DNA of 64,000 nt from Camelus dromedarius (Eukaryota), in assembly GCF_036321535.1 (NCBI RefSeq), contig NC_087462.1:2170001-2234000 (forward strand), given 5' to 3'. A program made the translations under genes and the position numbers. Below are positions 57,601-64,000 of this stretch, one piece after another; position 1 is the stretch's first letter, and every line of letters begins with the position of its first letter. Under the pieces are notes generated by a model. The model did no database searches. It was given only the letters and a program-made list of their open reading frames with translations, and had not been told where the DNA came from.

Positions 57601-59945
57601 CCACTGTATATTAAAATGTTGATTTGGTGCCAAACCTTTTACATTTGCTATTAGCTGACTTGGAGACCGGACAAACCCTGAGTGGGTTTTATTATATTCC
57701 CATTTTACAGGTGAGGAAACTGAGGCTCAGACAAGTGGTATGGCTGGCCTGAGGTCACAGAACAATGGACAAGGCTCCAAACTAGAGCCAGCTACAGCCT
57801 AGGGGCTGTGGCTTTCTGTCCCTACAAAGTAAGAGCACCCAAGACAGAAACAACAATGAAAATAGTAATAATAGTAATAAAATTCTCCCTCCAGTTGGTG
57901 AAATGCTGACTGTACCAGCCACTGTTTGGGGCACATGATTGCATTCATCATCAGCTTTTCTCTCACCACCAGCCTCTGAGGGAGGTGCTATAGTTGTGCC
58001 CGTTTCACAGATGGGGAGAGTGAGGCACAGGGAGAGACAAGGCAGTGTGTCTGAGGCCTGCAGCCTCATCTGCCTGCTTCCAGAGTGCGAGCTGCCTGGT
58101 TCCTAGGTGGTGCTCAGGAAACATCCCCCTTCTCGGGTAAGCACCTGGGTGCCATCCCGGCACTGCTGCCCGCTGAGTCCGTGTGGGCGCCAGTTCCAGA
58201 AGAGGGTCTGTGCCCGAGGCCTGGAGCCCGACGGCTGGCTGCCCAGGCTGGGCTCCTCCCAACGGCGTGGCCACCCGTGCCCAGCCGTGCGGCCATCCAA
58301 GCTGGACGGGCCGGCTCCAAGGGGCTGCTGGCTGCCCAGCCCGGGAGCGGCCACAGGGCGCGGGGACGAGCCGGGCATCGTCCCCTCGACCATTGCCCAG
58401 CCCTGCCCAGCCCAGGCGGCCATGCCAAGGAAGGCTGCCTGCATCCGCTCCAGTTGTGGATGGGGAAACTGAGGCAGCTCGGGGCTGCTCCTGGGCTGTG
58501 CACTGCATCCTCAATCCTGGCTGCCAGTAGGTGCTCAGCACACAGCAATAACAGGCAGACGGCAAGGGCTCGGAAACTGTTGTGGGCAGCGGCATCATTA
58601 CTATTATCCGCAGAGCTGCCCTTCCCGGGTGGGGACGTGACTGCCCCAGGCCCGCGCGGCCTCTGCGGCTCCCAGGGCTGGGACGAGAAAGCGGGCGTGG
58701 GGTCCGAGGAGCCAGGCAGCTCACGCATGCGCCGCGCTGGATGTCTGGACGCACGCACAAAGGATCCACTAGACTAACGGGGGGTATGGGGCGGGCACTT
58801 TTTCGCCATCCTAACTCTGTTTTCCTTGTCTACAAAATGGGTACGCTGACAATGCCAGATTAAAGCCTTAAGAGAGCCACAGAACACCACATCTGCGCTC
58901 ATCTTGGGGATTTAAAAATAAGAGAAATAACACTAATGGGTGGACGTCAGGCGGTCTTTTGAGCTCAGTATGCCCTAAGTGCTTCATCGGTATCCTCTCC
59001 TTGCCGCCTCCTGACAACTCCGTCAGGCCGGTGTGTGCAGTGCTTCTGTACATCTGAAAGAGACAACTGAGGCCCAGCGCAGTTAAGTCATTTGCCTGAG
59101 GTCACACAGCGATTACCTCCCAGCCTTGGAGTGTGGCGGGAGGGGGGGGTGCTGATTCTCTTTCTCTGGCAGTTGGTGGGGATTCCTACCACCTTCATCC
59201 TTGACCTGAGAGACAAATTGGTAGGGCTAGGCTTGCTGTCTGTCTGGACTTGGCCGTATGCCCCCCCAACCCCGCTCCAAGTCCAGGGTGGAGAGTGTGG
59301 GGGCTGCAGCGGGGCTGGCCTCCGTCTAGGCCTCCGGAGCCGATAACGCTGAGCTCAGCGTCTGTCTGCTTTGCCGGCCTGCCAAGGAGCCTGATTATTT
59401 TTAGATAAGATGGAGGGGCGGGCGCCAGGGTGGGAGAAGCCCCCAAGCCAGATGGGGGCAGGGTGGACGTTAGAGCTGCAGAAAGATGCCCCTCAGCCCC
59501 CACTCTGAGGAGCCCTGAGTGGCAACCCAAGACCAACGGCTGGGCCACCAGGACTTCAAAGGCAGAGGCAGAGGGGAGGGGGCCTGAGGGGTCAAGGACT
59601 CACCTTTCTGGCCCTCAGTTTTCCTATCTGTAAAATGAGCCTAATGAGAGCTCCCGCCTTATTCGGTGGAGGCAGGATTAATTGAGCTATCCTGACTTCA
59701 CAGTTGGAGAAACTGAGGCTCAGGGAGCATTGACTCCCACGCTTCAGCACATAGCCACCCAGGTGCCCCAGCGACCTCAGACGTCCATGGCCCCCTGTAG
59801 CAGCAGCCAAGGGAGGGGTCCACACCACGTTCCTGACCACCATCTCCATGGCGCTGGCCCAGCCTAGCGCTGGCACTGATGTCTCCTCCCCTCCGGGGTG
59901 GGGGGTCCATGCAATGTCACGCACTTCTCCTCCCTCTCTTTGCAG

Positions 59946-60017
59946 ACGCGGAGCAGAGCAGCAGTCCCCGGGCAGGGATGGGCTCCGACCAGGAAGACAG
60001 CAAGCCCATCACACTGG
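59946..60017 (+). CDS. NFIC: NFIC exon 3, 72 nt ((D)[23 protein letters not shown])
   Basis: Polypyrimidine tract CTTCTCCTCCCTCTCTTTGCAG| acceptor and G|GTGAGT donor. Phase 1-1, matching exon 2 and exon 4. Confidence 0.97.
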
Positions 60018-60469
60018 GTGAGTCTGGGGGTGGGGGGGTGGGAGGCACAGCCCCGTCCCCATCTTTTATTTAGAAATCATTTTCAGAGCACCCCCTGTGG
60101 GCTCTGCGTGGTCCTGAGCACCTGCGTCACTCCTCACAGCCACGCTCTGGGGTGGGTGCTGCTGTTCCATTTCGTAGATGAGGACACTGAGGTCCAGAGA
60201 GGATAACGGGCCTTCCCAGGGGCATCTAGGGAGCTGGGGTTGGAACCCACGACCCTGAGCTCCAGCCTCTGGTCTCTGAGGTGCTCCTCCTATGGGAGAG
60301 GCCCCAGAGGGTCCTGCAGTCTCTTGGGACATTTAACAAATGAGCAGACAAGTCAGTTTTATGTTGTGGGAGTGGGAAGTGGGAGAATTTGTCTGAGGCA
60401 GGGCTAGGAACAGAGCCCTGAGGGACAGAAAGGATCTGGAAGCTGCAGAGGCCCTGCTTCTACCTGAGT

Positions 60470-61065
60470 CTGTCCTCTTTGAAGTGGTCAGAGGATGCCT
60501 GTGAGGACCTGAGTCAGGTCCCGCCCTCCTCTGCCTACAGCCCTTCAGAGCTCCCACCTTCCTCCAGGGTAAAAGCCCAAGAACTCCCCGGGCCCACAAG
60601 GCGCTGCACGGCCTGTCCCATCCCCTCCCTGCCCTCACCTCCTCCTTCTCTCCCCTCTCCCCTCTCACTCTGCTCAGCCACCTGGGCCTCCTTGCTGCTC
60701 CTTCAACATGCCAGGCACAGTCCTGCCCCTGGGCCTTTGCACAGGCTGTGCCCTCGGTCTGAACCACTAACTGCTCTCTCTTTCCAGATCACCCAGGTCT
60801 CAGCTCAAATGCCTCCCTCTCAGAGAGATCTTCCCTGAGCCCCTCAGCTCAATCATAGCCCTCTGTTTTATTTCTTTTAGAGGAAGTTAGTGATTGTATA
60901 TGTATTTGCTTAGTTCCTTAGTGGTTGCAGATGTGTTTGCTTAACTCTCCTAGTGGAACATCACCTCCTCAAGGGCAGAGGTGTTTATCTGTCTTGGTCA
61001 CTGCTCTGTTCTGAGTGCCTAGAACAGGACCTGGTATACAGTAGTTGCTCAAAAAACATTTGTAG
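60470..61065 (+). mobile_element. L2 3'-end fragment
   Basis: CAACATGCCAGGCACAGTCCTGCCCCTGGGCCTTTGCACAGGCTG..GTAGTTGCTCAAAAAACATTTG. Confidence 0.8.
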
Positions 61066-62199
61066 GAAGAAGGAAAGGAGAGAAGGAGGGAAGAAGCAGA
61101 GTGGGGAGGAGAACCTAGAGAGCCGGTACATCAGGGTGAGGGAGGAGGAGAGATGAAAAGGGAGAAAGGAAGAAGGAGCCGGTGGGTGAGGGCATCCCCC
61201 TTGGAAGGTCCGGCACAGGGAGGCTGGATGGTTCCAGGAGGTTCACAGGCCCCCAGGCCACTCTTCACCGGCCATCTGTGACCCGAGTCCTCCTTGGCCT
61301 CCTGTGATTCCCAGGCACCTCCCTCCAAGCCAGATGTTCTGGGCAGGCGGCAGGGGCCGTGGCGCTTGGCCTGGTCCCGCGGGGAGCTCCAGCGTCTGGC
61401 GGAGGAAATCACTTCCTCCCCGCCCGCCAGGGAGTCCCCTGGAGAAGGAGCAGGGCAAGCGCTGCACAAACAGGAAACCCCGGTGGGGGGAGGGTGCAGG
61501 GGTGTGCTGACACCAGCTGGCCAGCTGGGTCAGCAGGAAATGGCCATGGCCACTTCCCCTGGACACTGGGGGCCACCGCCCTGTCCTCCTGGGGATAGTG
61601 TGGTCCCGAGCCTCTCATCATGGGCCTGGGCAGGTAGTAATTGCTCAATAAATGGTGTGCACAAAGCTTGTAACCAGGGGGCTTGAGTGGTGGACAGCTG
61701 GGGACCTGGGCACTGCTGTGAGCTCCCTGTGGCCCATGCTGGCCCGTGCTGCCCCCTGGGGGCCTGGACAAGAACCGCTCCCACCCCGCCCCAACCCCCC
61801 CCAAGCCAGAGTGCCCCCACTCTGACCACTCTCCCCACTCCTGCGTCCCAACCGCAGGGCCTTTGCACCAGCTGCTCCCACCACCAGGAACGTTCTGGCC
61901 CACAGGGAGGTGGCAAAACGTCAAGTTTAAGGTCATCCTAGTCGGGGCCGCCAATTTTCGCAGGGCGATTTCCCTGTGCCAGGTGCTGTCTTGGCACTTC
62001 CCAAATTTTAACTCACAGGTTCCTCTTATTCACCCCTGCCTTGAGGTCTTAGTAAAATGTCACCCTCCCAGACCTTCTTTGAGCCCTTTGTGTAAAATAA
62101 AACAGATCCCTTCCCCAGCAGGCTCCCCTGACCTCACCTGCTTTATTACCACTACCTGACACTCCTCACCTTTGACTTCATGATCTTTAAAATAACCTT

Positions 62200-62665
62200 T
62201 TTTTAATTGTGGTATAATACACATAAAATGCATCATTTCAACCATTTTACAACGTACCATTCAGTGGCATTAAGTACATTAACAGTGTTGTGCACCATCA
62301 CCTCTATGTAGTTCCAGAACATTTTCAGCACCCCAAAAAGTAGCTCCATCTCCATTCATCCCTCCCCCTCCCCTGGTGACCACAACTCCACTGTCCCTGT
62401 GGACTGGCCTCTTCTGGACATTTCACGTCCATGGACTCACACGCCGTGTGTCCTTCGGTGTCTGCTTCTCTCCCTGAGCATCGTGCTCTCAGGGGCCGTC
62501 CACGCGGTAGTGAGGGTCAGCGCTTCACTCCTTTTCACGGCCGAGTGGTGCTCCTGCGTAGGGAGGGGCCACATTTGTTTGTCCATCATCTGCTGATGGA
62601 CGTTTGGGTTGTCTCCAGTTTTAGCCACTATAAATCGTGTTGCTGTGAACACCCATGTACAGGTT
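62200..62665 (-). mobile_element. L1MB-type 3' end
   Basis: TTAATTGTGGTATAATACACATAAAATGCATCATTTCAACCATTTT..GTTCCAGAACATTTTCAGCACCCCAAAAAG..GATGGACGTTTGGGTTGTCTCCAGTTTT. Confidence 0.85.
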
Positions 62666-63658
62666 TTTTTGACTTCCTGCTCTTATGTGGCCTCTGTCAC
62701 CCACACTGGACTGTGAGTCTGGAGGGCAGCTGCTTCTGTCCGTCCCATCTCCCACTGTATCCCCAGTGCCCAGCTTAGAGGTGCTCAGTAAACGGTTGCT
62801 GAGGAAATGGGTCCTGCTTGTGAGGGCCTCCAGGTGGGACAGGCCTCCTCCCAGCTGTCCCAGGTTGGCCAGGACTCCAGCCCTCTCGTGGCCAACTTCA
62901 GTTTCCAAATCCATGAAATGGGTCTAAACCACCCCAACCTGGAGAGGAGGGGCCCTCTTCCTTTGACATCAGGCAGGTGTGCACCTGATGTGGGGGTTTT
63001 AATTGCTGCCTCTGGACCCTCCATTCAGCCTGTGGTTCTGAGCCCCTGCCGTTTGCCAGGCTCTGGTCTAGGCACTGGGGACACTGCAGGGCTCCAGGCC
63101 TGGGGGGGACAGGCAGTGTAAGCAGCTGCAGCATTGTGTGGGGTGAAGAGTGAGGCAAAGGAGGTGAGCTGGTCCCTCCTAGGTAGAAGGATTCATGTCT
63201 CACATCCACCCAAGATGACAGGGTGTATGGTCCCACTTTTGAGATTAGACCATTGAGGCTCAAGGAGGTTAAAGTGACTTGCCCAAGATTACACTCTGAG
63301 TGGGCATCCCAGCTGGGATTTGAACTCAGGTCTGGCCTCCACTCATGTGCGCAGCCTGCCCAGGCATGAAGGCCCTGGGTGAAGGCTGGGAGGGAGGCTG
63401 GGGGAGGCTGCAGTGAGAAGGGCTGAGCAGAGGCTCAGAGAAGAACGTCCTCCCCAGCTGGGTTAGGGCAGAGGGACTCCCCCGTCAGACCGGAGGACAT
63501 CCTCTGCGGCCCTGCGGACGAGGGGAGGGGGGAGACAGAGTGACCGCCCAGACTGGGTCCAACCCCCGCAATCTGGGCAGCCCAGGAGTGTCGGGGGGTG
63601 GGGGAACAGACCCAGCTCAGCTGGCCACCTGCTGACCTCCAGCCTCTCCCTTTTCCAG

Positions 63659-63733
63659 ACACCACCGACTTCCAGGAGAGCTTCGTCACCTCCGGTGTGT
63701 TCAGTGTCACTGAGCTCATCCAAGTGTCCCGGA
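63659..63733 (+). CDS. NFIC: NFIC exon 4, 75 nt ((D)[24 protein letters not shown])
   Basis: CTCTCCCTTTTCCAG| acceptor and A|GTAAGT donor. Contains the NFI-family [13 protein letters not shown] motif. Phase 1-1. Confidence 0.97.
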
Positions 63734-64000
63734 GTAAGTGTCCCCGCCCACCCTGTGCTGGGACCTGCAGAGGGAGGGGCTCACACAGGGGAGGGCTGGT
63801 GGAAAGAAGTGGATTCAGGATGGGGGCTCCAAGAGGGAAGGGGACTTGGGGAGAGAAGAGAGGCTCAGGGAGGAAGGAGCCTGTCACCCTGCCCACTCCC
63901 CCACGTCCTCTCTAAGCACCCCTTGTCACCAAGCCAAGGTTCCCAGGAAGGGCGGTATCCAGCCCTTCCCAGAGGCCAAGGTCACAGTGACGTGCTCTTC

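Overview
This is mammalian genomic DNA, GC-rich and dense in MIR/L2 repeats. It is most likely camelid, judged from several copies of the tRNA-Ala-derived vic-1-type SINE. The window holds the 5' half of NFIC (nuclear factor I/C, CTF) on the + strand. Coding exons are 1b ([10 protein letters not shown], 25826-25855), exon 2 with the DNA-binding domain (inferred 34769-35300; 5' part in an N-gap), exon 3 (59946-60017) and exon 4 (63659-63733), with canonical splice sites wherever sequence is present and consistent phases. The gene continues past the window end. An upstream CpG-island promoter (about 17.8-20.3 kb) probably carries the alternative ATG-only first exon, which I infer is hidden in a gap. 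The rest is intergenic or intronic sequence with transposon relics (L1, L2, MIR, MLT, hAT MERs, SINEs) and four sized assembly gaps. Apart from fragments overlapping the NFIC exons and a decayed L1 ORF2 relic, I treat the ORF-track entries as spurious products of high GC. No prokaryotic-type system, CRISPR array or functional RNA gene is supported. The most notable unexplained signals are four: a dense TCTAGA/heat-shock-element-like cluster in intron 2; a ~320-bp diverged duplicate sitting upstream of both the exon-1b promoter and an intron-2 CpG island; twin YY1 sites in that island, suggesting an internal promoter; and L2 copies that share derived sequence as if homogenised by ectopic gene conversion. 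All motif-based regulatory calls are hypotheses.
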